Shown: one piece after another, positions 11,895-24,296 of the stretch | How positions within the stretch are numbered: position 1 is the first letter of the stretch | Layout of the letters: every line of letters begins with the position of its first letter | Assembly (NCBI GenBank): GCA_904063045.1 | Contig: CAJFCJ010000007.1 | Coordinates: forward strand, 1,756,873-1,820,872 | Source of the DNA: Dimorphilus gyrociliatus | Taxonomy: Eukaryota; Animalia; Annelida | Length of the DNA stretch: 64,000 bases | Direction: 5' to 3' | Made by a program: the position numbers and the translations under genes | Notes under the pieces: generated by a model | What the model saw: only the letters and a program-made list of their open reading frames with translations | Told to the model about the DNA's origin: nothing | The model's database searches: none

Positions 11895-13818
11895 ATGAAT
11901 TCTATTCCATGGATAAAACATTTCAAATCATATACTGAAGGTGGCTATGTCGGAGAACTGGAAAATTTGGAAAGGATGGAGCTAGTTATTAGCGAATACG
12001 AGGAGCATTTCGGTATTCCTTTTACAAAGGCAAAAACGGAAGGAACTTTGACGAGCAGAGGTAAAATTTACTGAAGCTATGGTGATAAATTGCAAAATAT
12101 AACTTTGATCAGGTGACAGCGTATCAGTCCGAAATGTTAAGAGTTTGGCTATTTGTAAATACTTACCCGGAATTCCCAGTTTGAAGATTGGTAACAAGGA
12201 GTTTGCGTGTAGATTTGGAACTGATAAAGCTGCTGGTAGAAGAAGAATTAGAGAGATTTACTCTTATGAAGGAGATGTAACTATTAACGGTTTATATAGA
12301 TTCTCTATATTTTGCCCGATATTTCCAGGATCGGAAAAAAAAAATGGCACCTTCTATCAAAGTAGATTGTCCTGCAAAACTTGTAGTCCATGAATATTTA
12401 TGCTTACCAGATTTCAACGTAAGAGAATATAATTCCTCATTAAAAGTTAATTTTCCAAATTTATTATCTAGTTAAATGCTAAAAGTACACATCATGCTAG
12501 AAATCTGCGTAAAGAAGCACGAAAACTTCTCTCCAAAGGAATTGGAGAAAGGAGACTGATAATCATTTTGCCAAGATTAGAAAAACATGAAAACCACCCA
12601 ACAGATGATGTAGGGCCTTGATCTAATTACATTCTAAAACTTATACTATTCTTTACAGACTATTTTAAGCAAAAATCGAATCCATCCGAAAGTAAAGGAA
12701 TTTATATCTACTTTAGCAGATAAGGGACTAAAGAGACTAACGGAGGTACGGCAACAGTTAGAGGATTTTGTTACAAATGAATTTGAAAATACTAAGCCAA
12801 ATGATCGACGCTATCATCCGAAAGATAAAGATATTCTAAACATTCTTTACAGGCGGAAGAAGGTCACTTTTATATTTGACTTACTTAAAGCTATTTTATT
12901 TAAAAAACTTTATAATAATAATAGGAACAGGAAGATCTTGAGATTAAACAAATGAAAGTTGGAGTTTTAAGAATCGAGGCGGTAGACCTGCGAAAAGCCC
13001 CAAGATACAGAGAAAAACAAATAATCGAATTAGATAGTACAAACATGACCAAAGAAACCTTTGATGAAATGAGTATTGACTGCGAAGATATGAATGCAAT
13101 GGATATTGAAGTTATTGAAGACGAAGTAAAGACAAAAGAAGAAAGACCTGATAAACTTGCAAAACTGGTGGAGAATTTGAATAGACTTATCCGTGTGGCA
13201 AATACCATGCCAGATCAGCATTTAGACAAATGCATCCAAACTGTTCAGGATACTGCTCAATACTTTGAAGATTTAAAAGACAATAATTTTGAGAATGATA
13301 CTCAAAACATTTTAATCTCAAAGAAAGATTATGAAAATTTGAAAAGAAAATGTGATGAATACAGCGAGGAGATAGTAATGAAGAGATTAAGAATGTGTCA
13401 TGCTAGTTCTCAAACTGGTCAAAAGTCTCTAAATAATGATGAACGAACGCGGAGGGCGCTGGCCTCTCTTCATAGAAAAAAAGTCTTAAAAAATACGGAA
13501 ACTGTAATTGAGATAGATGAGTCAGAATTAGGCAATCTTATTGGTTGTGATGGCAGCGATGAAATGATTAATAGATTTATACTCGAAACCCAGGCTGAAA
13601 AGAAAGCATTGAAGCTGGCTTCGAGCAAGAAACTTTTTCCCAAAAGCCTCGACTCCAAAAACGTCCAAGGAGAAGAAGGCTTCCAGCCTCAGCAAACTTC
13701 CGTTGTTGTACCCCAAATTAACATTCAAAATTCGTATAAAATAATTGGAGGACCGTACACCATGAACAATGCTCCAACGTTTCCTTTTAATCCGAACCTC
13801 ACTTTAACTTTACAATAG
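11895..13818 (+). CDS. CARF: Calcium-responsive transcription factor (CaRF/ALS2CR8)-like protein
   Basis: Six exons (11895-12060, 12113-12276, 12329-12418, 12472-~12609, ~12659-12861, ~12925-13818). Motifs GIPSLKIGNKEFACRFG, KVDCPAKLVVHEYLCLPDF, RLIIILPRLEKHENH and RIHPKVKEFI...VRQQLEDFV parallel remembered human CARF. Family-level call; orthology not established. Confidence 0.72.
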
Positions 13819-13838
13819 TAAATAAAATTTATGTTTTT

Positions 13839-14635
13839 CTAAACAGTTTGTATTCCCTCCAAATCAGGAACTTCATCCAACTCATCTTCCAAAGAATAAA
13901 ATGCGGCATGGCATATGATCAAAACAAAAGAGGCACCAATCACCCAAAAAACTGCGGAACCTGCACCTGCTATCCAAAAGAGGGGAAACGAGAATGTTGC
14001 TATGGCAGCATACTGGTGCGCAAGACTTATTTGACGTCCTGAAAAAGATTTTTCAAACTTATTTTATCTAGAAACAAATCCTTACCCATCAGTCTTAATG
14101 GAGTTTCATTATTTCGAACATTGACAACATAACAAGCTCCTACACATACTCCAATTCCTATCAATAGTAAGGGGCTTGTTAAACTAGAGTGAATAGTGCA
14201 GATTAGTTAAAATTCTCTTCTAGAATTGTTAAATACTGACATACAAAACAGTACCAGTCCAAAAAAGACAAATATGTAATTTCCCTGGAATTTTTCAATA
14301 TTCTTTACTATTCTTTTTCCGAAAGGTGATATAGTTTTCGGTATCTAAAAAATTTACGGAAGTCGATATTTCCAGTTAGTATTTAAAATTTTTACCTTAA
14401 ATTTAGACACATTTATGAAAGAACTCCATGGTACAACTTTATCTTTCATACTGACAACCCACTCTTGTAATATTTTGTTTGATATTTTCAGAGACATATT
14501 TATATTTCTGAAAAAAAAGACATTTTTTAACGAAGGTACTAGAGAATGATAATAGCACCTGCGATTGAGATTTTTGCTTGAAATATCAAAATTTTTTACT
14601 ACGGTTGAATTTTCAGTTAGATTAATGCCATCCAT
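13839..14635 (-). CDS. RABAC1: Prenylated Rab acceptor 1 (PRA1 family)
   Basis: VVPWSSFINVSKF and GRQISLAHQYAAIATFSFPLFWIAGAGSAVFWVIGASFVLIICHAAFY are close to remembered RABAC1. GT-AG introns. Confidence 0.92.
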
Positions 14636-14865
14636 ATAAAAGAGGGTAGTAAATTAAATCACCCGACTTTTATCAACGTCATCAAAAATAACAGTTTCAG
14701 TATTAAAAATATGGTGCCGCTTATATTAAGCTCTCAGAGTGAAAGAGAAGTAAAATTATTTCATGGGACAGTTACCATACTTTACCGTCTGCAATGAGTG
14801 AATATTTCATAATATCGGTATAATACTGAGAAAGCTATTTCTGGCTGATTATTTTTGGTATAAAA

Positions 14866-17800
14866 ATGTCTGAATTATTTGGAGATCTCTTCATACAAAA
14901 CGATAAAGAATATCTAAATGTACCATCTATACAAACAATACCTGTTCGTGGGAGACATCCTAGCCATTTGGCAGGCTTACAAAATAAAAGTGCTACATGT
15001 TATTTAAACTCTCTCCTTCAAATTTTATATTTCACCAGAGAATTGCGAGGTCTAATTAATTATCAAAACGTGAAAACTTTCTCTAAGATTTCTTTTGCAG
15101 AAGGAATACTTTCTCTTACAAAGCAAGAGTTGAACCTTGACATTCCAGGAAAAAAGGTTAAAAGTTCTCTTTAACAAATTTACGAAATAATATTCTCCCT
15201 CATCAGACTAGAAAAATACTTCTTGAGCTTCAAAAGTTGTTTGCTAATCTCTATTTGAGAGATGAAGACGCTGTTAGCACATCAGATCTCACAAACAGTT
15301 TTGGGTGGGACAATGATGAAGTTGGACATAAACCTTTGTTGTAGATATTAAAAGTTAACTTTATGTCTTTTCATTTGTAGGAATCTTATCAACAAGACAT
15401 TCAAGAGTTGAACAGAGTTCTTTTTTCTGCCATGGAAAAATGCCTACAAGGTACTTCCAAAGAAAATTTGATTAAGGATCTTTATCACGGAATAAATATT
15501 CAAAAGGTTCAATATATATATATACATATACTGTATATATTTATTATTTTTCGTATTCTTTAAGATATATCTTTATTTTTTCTCGAAATTAGATAGCTTG
15601 TATGAATTGCAAAAGCATTAGCGAAAGAGAGGTCAGGTTTTAATAGATATCTACTTATTATAGAATTAAGCTACAAATAGGAAGAAGTATTTGACATCAG
15701 TGTTCCTGTAAAAAACATGTCAAGTCTGCAAGATGCTCTAAGTGCATTCTATTGCCAAGCAGAAATATTTAAAGGGGACAACCAATATTACTGTGAATCA
15801 TGCCAAAGTTATGTAAATGCCAATAAAGTATGCATTTTAACAAGTTAATATTCTATTTCCTAACCTAGTCAAATTGCAGACAAGTAAACTAAGGAAACTA
15901 CCTAAAATATTGACCCTGTCATTTTTGAGATTTAATTTTGATCTGGTCAACTTAAAGAGATATAAGGTATTTATAAAGTAAACCTTTCTTGATACTAAGA
16001 ATTTTTTACAGGATGTTGGACAATTATCTTTTCCAACCAATTTGGATATGAAAATTTATTGTGAAGAGGTTGATTTTGTATTTAAATTTTATGTCCTATT
16101 ATCCAAAATCAACCTAATTCTTTCTATTATCTAAAATATAATTTTAGGACTATAGTAGTAGTACGGAATACGAATTGTATGCAGTCGTCGCCCATTCTGG
16201 TGGAACACATGGAGGACATTATAGAGCTTATATTAAAGATATTGAAAATCTTGGCTGCTATGATTATGAAGTACAGAATAAAACTAATATTATTTTTTAC
16301 ATAATTTGTTTTTAAAGGACGAGAACGAGACTACTTACAAAAAACAAAAAAATAACCAAGATTCCAAGTTGACTTCTCCATTCGATGTTATAAAAGAAAT
16401 ATTGATAGATTATAAAGATGGCATAACTATTGATATTCTTGCAACAAAGATAAATACTTATTGTGGTACATCGTGGAAAAAGAAATTCAAGAACCGTTAT
16501 GGCACTTTGCGAAGGTTAATATAAAAATGATACAGTTTCTTATCACATTTACAAATCCTTATCCAGCTTTTTAGAAAAAAATAAAGAATTTAATATTGAT
16601 GAGTGCTTTGAGCATGTTTGTCTCAATGACCAAAAGGAAAAAGACGAGAAAAAAGACGCTGGTGATAAAACTCATCACTGGTTTCTTTTGAATGATTCGA
16701 AAGTGGAGAGAGCTTCAATAAAGGACATTCAAAAGTTGTATAATGGTAGTGACAGTGCTTATATGCTTTTCTACGGAAAAACGGATAGTAAACCAGGTTT
16801 AGAGCTTTTCTTTAAACGCCTTTCATTTTTACAATATGTGATTCTACTAGCTCCTAAAAGCATCATAGATACTATACCAGAATGGCTCAAAATCCTTATA
16901 AAGGAGGCTAATCAAACTCTTGCTGAGAAAAGAAAGGAATTCGATGACAGTCTAATGAAAACATCAATAAATATAATTGATAAATTGTCATCTACACAAA
17001 AAGCTGAATATGTAATTTTTGACAATAACTTCACAGAATCAAAAATTGAAATTAACTTGAACTGGTCTATTAAGAAACTTAAAACTGAGTTAAACAGCTC
17101 AATGATGAATTTGCCAACAATTATGGAAAACTTGGTTATTATGCAAGTAAAGAAGTTGGAAACCATTCCAAATGTGTTTAAACTAGAGAATCAATATAAC
17201 TGTAAGTTCGTATATTTCATTTCACATGTAGTCTTTGTTATACCCTTTACTTACTAGATCCAGACCATGTCTTATTGTCGCAAACATCTATTTACGGCAA
17301 CTGCTTTTTGGCTTTTAGGGATTCCTCTAAAACAGACATTATTAGGTGAAGTAGATTTCGACGTTGTTATTTGTATATACTGTATATTATACTATTATAT
17401 CTGATTAGATCAATTGAGAAAATATTTCTCCGATTAATCAGTTTTGATTCTAACTCTGTCTTACATCCATTTTTAACGGATATAAATTATGAAGAGTTCC
17501 TACAACAAGCTGTTGATTTATTAAAAATTTCTGATAATGAATTGGATGTAAAAATCATAGGAAATTCTAAACACAATGAAAGAATATTAAATTTTGAGGA
17601 ACTTAAAGGATATAGGATCGACGAAATTTTTCAAGAATTCGATACCGTCCTCATACAAAAAGAAAAGTAAGAAACATTATTTTTAAAATGGTAAATACAT
17701 TCTCTCATTTCAGAGCGATAAGATGCATCATATATCTGTGTGAAAAGGTAAGAAAATACTCTGTTTAGTTTTAATGAACTTTTTTCACGGATAAATTCAA

Positions 17801-19540
17801 ATAGCAAAATGAGCAACACGTTATTATTATATCACGAAATTCAGTAAGTAATCATTTGTCATATATTGTATGTGAAGAAATCAAAACTTTTAGACTGTTG
17901 AAGACCTAAAAAATATAATTTCAACTTTGGATATACCATTTAAGAAATACCGGTTGCGTTTTAAAACTGAAGGCTTCTTTTCAAGTGAATTCGGGCATCC
18001 TCGTTAGTTGTTCAAAATATTTAATATCTTTCTTACATCATTTCATTAAAGTGGAAGATTCGTTAAACTTGAAAAATTTATCTACTGAGGACACTTTTAC
18101 TTTTTTATTAGAAGAAGGGAATTCTCCAAAGGAACATGAGGTTTAAAATTAACAAAAAGGTCATAACTAAAAGTTTTATTTTCAGCTTTTTTTAAATATT
18201 AGTCATCAAAACAAAGAAAAAGAAATTATAATATCAAAAACAGAAACTCTTCATAGTCTCTTGAAATTAGCCGTAACGATGTTTAATCTAAGCACAGATA
18301 ATTATCACTTTTGCCATTGTAATAATATCGATGAAGTTGGAGATCCAATGCAACAAGATACTTATACCTCTTCTTTAGCTGCATTAAATTTCCACTCTGG
18401 TAAACACCTCATTATAATGGAAGGTAGAATGCCTCAAAAAGATCGCTTGGAGTTGTTCCTATTATGCGCAAATTCTTCATTTATACCTGAAGAAGGTAAT
18501 GAAAGTGCAAATACTGATGAAAATATAGGACGACTTGAGATTACTATTGATTGCAATACCTCGCTGAAGAAATTTAAACAAAAAATTGCTCAAAAATTAG
18601 TAAAGAGTGTTCCCAGTGTTGATTTTCTAAGATGTCGATTGGTAGAAAATGGGAAAAAAACTGTAATACTCAAAAACAGTGATCTGACATTAAGGTAAGT
18701 TGAAACCAGCTTTTCTTGCTCTAAAAATATTACTCTTTGAAAGGCGACTGAAAATCACCAACAAATCTACAATAGACGTTCAAATTTTAAATAATCCCGA
18801 ATCTTTAACGTTTGTTCACTTGTTCAAGCTATATTTCCATTATTATATAACAGAATTAAAATTTCAGTCAAAATCATATTATCCTAACGATTCAAATATG
18901 GGATCAATCGAAATTTTTCACTTTAGAGGCAATATTTAGTTATTTGAAAAAGTATATTGTGAATCAATTGTGCCATTACCTTGTAGGATTTTATTTGGAA
19001 CACAAATGGAAATTGGAATGTAAAATATCTAAAAGACTCCATAGCAAGAGAAACAGGTCTTTCATCTCAAAATATGACAATCGCTAAACACTTTCATAAG
19101 AAGTTTACGTGGCTTCTCTTGAAAGACAGCAACAAAAGCAAAAAAAACGGATGTAATACTTTGCGAGCCAAACCAATTTTATTGAGAGATGGGGATGTTT
19201 TGAAAATAAAAGTATAAAACTGATTTTTTGTTTGACAATATATAAAACTTGGTATTTCAGTTTGGCAATGAAAAAGAAATAAATACTGAGGATTTTCTTA
19301 CATCTCATGATATCATAGAGCTGCAGAAAATAGAGAGTAAATTAACGAAAGAAAGAAAACAGTACACGTTCATTTTAACTTAATATCAATATTTATTTAA
19401 TAAATTACATAAACTAATTCTTTTGTTAAAACCCCAAATACAGAAAAGAAGACATTGAAAATTTCCGCCAAGATATTCCTCTGAAATCTCACAAAAAAGA
19501 AAGAGGAGTTATTATTAAGATTGATGATTTTGAAGATTAA
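14866..19540 (+). CDS. USP40: Ubiquitin carboxyl-terminal hydrolase 40
   Basis: About 20 exons. N-terminal LFGDLF, Cys box QNKSATCYLNSLLQ, QQDIQELNRVLF, His box HSGGTHGGHYRAYIKD, WFLLNDSKV. Ends ...GVIIKIDDFED*. Confidence 0.9.
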
Positions 19541-19646
19541 CTCATATTTATAAAAATGGTATTGAATATAGAGAAAAATAAAAATTTGATTTAACACTTA
19601 TTTGAATTTGCGATCATCCGACCTAGCTCAACGCAACTCGACATCC

Positions 19647-20606
19647 TTATCCTATTATTGGATTTTTAGGGTCATGACCAAGCTTTGATATTTTAAATGA
19701 AAAATCAATTATATTGTAGCTATGAGTTAACGATCCAGCCGAAATGATGTCAATATATGGATTAAAGTAGTCTTTCAAGTTATGCTCATCGACTCCTCCA
19801 CTGGCTTCGAGGCATGAGTGTGGAAACTTTTTTTTGATAACTTTAGCAATATCGTAAAGAACCTGAATGATAATATCAAAATTAATCAATGTAACGTGTA
19901 CTCTATTTTTTAAGACAACCTGGCCTTTTAAATTATCCAACATGATAACATCGGCCCCTGCTGTAAGAGCTTCAATGGACTCTTCCAAGCTGCGACATTC
20001 AACCTCGATTTTACGAGTGAATCCAACAGACAATTTGGCCTTTTTAACAGCTTGCGCAACTGAGCCGACAGTCCAAATATGATTGTCCTTCAACATTACC
20101 AAATCGGATAAATTGAACCTATGTGTCCCAGCACCTCCAACCAATAATGAATACTTTTCTACCAGACGAAATCCAGGAGTTGTTTTTCTTGTACCAACAA
20201 TTTCTCCATGCCAGAGATGGTCAGAAGCCAATTTTTTTAGATTAGCAGCTTTAGTGGCTATTCCACTGGCCCGACTTATGCAATTTAAAACAACTCTTTC
20301 AGCTAATAATAAACATCTCACAGGTCCAGTTGCGGTAGCCACTGTTTCTCCAAGGCCAGCTAACCTGCTTCCCTCTTGAAAATGCCACTCGACCTCACAA
20401 TTTAATTCTTTAAAAATGGCTGAGCAGAATGGTATACCTGCTAAAACTCCCTCACTTTTACAAATCAACACTCCTGTTTCTTCTGCTTCACCAACAACGA
20501 AACCGCCGTGATCAAAGCCCGATATGTCCTCTGATAACCACATTTTACAAAGGGCTTTCAAATCACATGGGTGAAGCAAATTCGAATAATCTGTCAGATT
20601 TGACAT
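19647..20606 (-). CDS. QPRT: Nicotinate-nucleotide pyrophosphorylase (quinolinate phosphoribosyltransferase)
   Basis: GTRKTTPGFRLVEKY, HRFNLSDLVMLKDNH, IEVECRSLEE, LEASGG. One 57-nt in-frame intron at 19863-19919. Confidence 0.95.
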   Translation of the reverse strand: MSNLTDYSNLLHPCDLKALCKMWLSEDISGFDHGGFVVGEAEETGVLICKSEGVLAGIPFCSAIFKELNCEVEWHFQEGSRLAGLGETVATATGPVRCLLLAERVVLNCISRASGIATKAANLKKLASDHLWHGEIVGTRKTTPGFRLVEKYSLLVGGAGTHRFNLSDLVMLKDNHIWTVGSVAQAVKKAKLSVGFTRKIEVECRSLEESIEALTAGADVIMLDNLKGQVVLKNRVHVTLINFDIIIQVLYDIAKVIKKKFPHSCLEASGGVDEHNLKDYFNPYIDIISAGSLTHSYNIIDFSFKISKLGHDPKNPIIG

Positions 20607-20731
20607 TGTACTTTGTACTAGGTAATAGCAAACTCCACCTAATGCAAATTGGGAAATAGAGGCGCCACCAGCATACCGGAAGCTACTTAGAATGATAAAT
20701 TCATGTGTACAGCTTTTATTTTAAAAATATG

Positions 20732-21404
20732 TCAATTTTTTAAATTAAAGATATCTCCAAAAATTAAGGCAAAGCTTTTATAGTCATATATATATTTTCG
20801 TCTTGCTTGTAAGTACCAAAGATGCTTATAGTCATAAGTTTTTATCTCGCAAAAGATGTCATATACTTTCTGGTTAGTATCGGTTACTGGTTCAATATTA
20901 CTAATTGCGACAATCTGTTCCTTTTTATTCCCCCAGAAAGTCAAGTGTGATATACGGGCAAAATTTTTTGTTTCATCTATATCTACCAATCCAATGACCC
21001 TTCTAAGATACACTGATATTACATATAGCATGATACCTGTTTAATAAAAGAATCATAACTAAAACATTTATCCTAAAAATAAGGTTTAACTTACACGCCA
21101 AAGCTGCGACACCTGAACCATAATAAAACATTTCGCTCTGTATAATTTCTTGAGAATGCTGATACCAAGTGACTGGAAGAATACATACTGTTACACCAGT
21201 TTGAAAAATTTTCAATCGAGATAGAGCTCGTAAGTAAGTGATATATGGGAATTTATATACTCGATGATATTTTTGGCCAGCTGAATCACGAACACCATTG
21301 AAACCAACCACACTTGTGCTCGGACTAACAGGTATCTTTATTTGTGGGAGTAAACATGAGTGGGCTATTCTGCGCGCATTATTTCGACATAGAACATGGA
21401 GCAT
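20732..21404 (-). CDS. TMEM186: Transmembrane protein 186 (mitochondrial complex I assembly factor)
   Basis: Two exons. LSRLKIFQTGVTV, YLRRVIGLV and ISHLTFWG match remembered TMEM186. Basic mitochondrial-targeting-like N-terminus. Confidence 0.85.
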
Positions 21405-21624
21405 GCTGATTATTCAGAGCGATAATACGGTTGTAAACACAACCTGGCGGAAAAGTCAAGCGTACGAAGATGTTCATATAGTTCAAATATTATTTTTTAC
21501 AGAAAACATCAGTATTCTTACGACATTGCAAAAAATATAATAACTCTTTTGTAATTAAAAATTTAAATTTTAATAATTTTTTAAGTCTTAAAAATCATTG
21601 CTCGTTAATATTTAAAATATTTAT

Positions 21625-23599
21625 TTAAAATTTGAAACCAGAAGATGGTTGCTGCTCCATTGCGAATACAAACTGATTTTCTTTAGAATCAGGAACTAAG
21701 TCTTCCTCTTGAATCTCTGCATCATCTCCAAAAAATGTTTCAATAATTTGTAGAGCCATATTATATACCTTAAGAGAAAAATTTTTATCTTTGTTAACTC
21801 AAACCAAATTTTAAAATATACCTGTCCGTTCTCATGCTCCTGCAGTTTTTCTATTAAATCTAAACCTTCACATTCCTCAATTTGTAAAGTTACTATGTCC
21901 AAACAACTTTCTTTACTGGCAAGCTGAAGTAAATTAACAATTTTAAGATTGAAATATTGAAAATCTCGCAAACCTGTAAAATATTATAGAGGGCTTCCAA
22001 AATGACCAGAATCATTTTCGGTTCTTTTGTTTTCAGAATTCCACACAAACTGGGCACACAGTTCAATTTAACCGCAAAAAGAATCTTCAAATTTAGAAAG
22101 TTTAAAGTGTCTTCAATTTGGCAACGAAAAACTCACCTGTTGATTTGACCCACCCGATGTCATATTTGTTATTGCCCATGCAGCCTCCTTTTGTGTTTTA
22201 AAATCTCCTTCTTTCAAAACTTCTATAAGTTGGGGTATTAGGCCTGCATCTATAACTGCCTGGATTTGGTTAACATTTCCAGCCGTGACATTGGAAATGG
22301 CCCATGCTGATTCTTTTTGAATGTTCTGTTCAAGCCACAGGGTTTTATATTTATTACACCCTAAATTGGAATTTTCTTACCGGTTTTGAGTGGCGTAGCA
22401 GAGCACTAAATATGTCCAGGGCTCCTGAATCAATTATAACCTGTGTTTGTGCGTCATCTCCAGTAACTATATTTCCACATGCTCTGAGAGCGGGAGTTAT
22501 AATCGATACTTCACTATGCTTAAGTAACTCTACTAATCTAGAAACAATACCTGTTTCTATCACCTGAAAATTTCTAAAGTTGAACTCTGTATAGTTTCAA
22601 TATTATTGAAAGTAAAACCGTTTGAATTTTATCATTTGATCCGTCGGTTAGGTAGCTTATAGCCCAGCAGCTATCACTTAGAACCTCAGTGTCGTGGTGT
22701 TGCAATAAGTGTAATAAGGCAGGAAGCATTTGTTTGACGGCGTCAGCTGGGGGATGAGGATTTTTATTCCTACAGAGATTACTCAATGTCCAGGCAACGT
22801 TCCTTAAGAAAGAAACTGGAGTATCAGGACGAATAAGCATCATTAAAGGGCGAAGCACACCAACTTTCAATACACGATCTCTCATTTCTGAGCCATCTCC
22901 TGTTTAAAAGCTTGAAGTAGTGTGATTCACATTCAGTCTACTGAACAAACCTGCAATGTTTCCTAAAGCCCAAACAGCCTGCTCACACACATTTGAATTG
23001 GTACTCGTAAGCAACTTTACAAATGGTTCAATAGCGCCGGCTTTAACAACAGCCATTGTTTGCTCCGAATTTCCACTTGCTACATTTGTTAATACCCATG
23101 CGGCCTCGAATTGCATCTCTTCTTCACTATCGTTTAATAGCCTTATAAACTGAGGCAAAATCCCTGCGTTTATGACGCTTTCAATCGGTGGATTACGTTC
23201 CTTTGAAAGCATTTTTCTCGCACTTTGAACAGCCTCAAATTGTTTCTGATGATCCTGACTTTGCAGTTTTTGAACTATTTCCTCAATACTGAGTTGACGG
23301 GTGGTTGTTTTAATCTGAAAACGAGTGTAACTGAGACCCATACTAAAATCATAAATATTATAATTAAAATATTACCGGAGATGTAGCTTCGTCATCAGAA
23401 GTCATATTTCTCCGTTTCGCAAGTTGATCATCTTTTTTAGCTTTTCGTAGTTCAACACTAACTTCGGTTCGCCTCCTTCTCATCTCCTATTTTAAGACAA
23501 CACAGTTATGACAGTACAAATATAATCAAACCATACATCTTGATCTTTTCCTCTATTCTTGAAAGATTTCATACGACTTTCGTGATTTTCGACCGGCAT
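21625..23599 (-). CDS. KPNA2: Importin subunit alpha (KPNA2-type)
   Basis: IBB domain [39 protein letters not shown] repeats [51 protein letters not shown]. Paralogue assignment less sure than family. Confidence 0.9.
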
Positions 23600-24296
23600 T
23601 TTGGCTGGAGCTGCCATTGTAAGAAAAACGTGGTAATTAAACAGATGAATTTGAAATTACCAGCACAACATGTTATTATAGTTATGCTTACTATTTGTTA
23701 TTCGTCGAAAATATTACGGTTTACAAGGAAATATCAGGTCTGAACGTAACTTTGCACGAAGCGGTAAAACCAGTTCAAAACTTCAAACTGAATAACGGAC
23801 TAGTGACGTTTAGTAGGACCGCATTGATTTTTTTAAATTTTATATACTTATGAGAAAATTTCTTGTGCAAAATGGATATAAATATTTTTATTAATCAATA
23901 AGATTTCAAAATTATTTAATGCGGAGTTTTTCCGGGCGGAAGAAAATTGTTTTAGACAAACAAAAAATTTATTAGTAGAAAAGCGGAATCTTCAATGTTT
24001 TGTAAATATTTGTTTGATAAAGGAAATGTATAAATTTAAATTTGAAATATCTTTGTTAAAATTATGGTATAAGTCTACAAATGTGTAATATATATATATT
24101 AGTATGCATATGTCATAAATAGGTACAATATTTCCAATCAAATATTTTTCACTGGGAATTCTAGATAATAAAGAAATCGGAACATGAAACCAGACATAAA
24201 CAAGAAAGTAAAATCCAAAAGGAAATCCCTTGACCTTCCAAAGATATTTCCTGAAATTGTGCAATTGAGTTATATTATCTGGTATATTCAGGGAGA

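Noticed and set aside
13848-14042. Cys-rich + strand ORF (NCGTCTCYP...ECC) resembling beta-microseminoprotein
   Set aside because: It is the antisense shadow of the well-conserved RABAC1 last exon and has no signal peptide or proper start.
374-19919. Seven short stop-free 3n introns (CARP 42 nt, CCDC112 57, NCSTN 57, RABAC1 51, USP40 51 and 54, QPRT 57)
   Set aside because: With roughly 100 introns of 40-60 nt in the window, a handful of in-frame stop-free ones is expected by chance. They only explain read-through in the ORF track.
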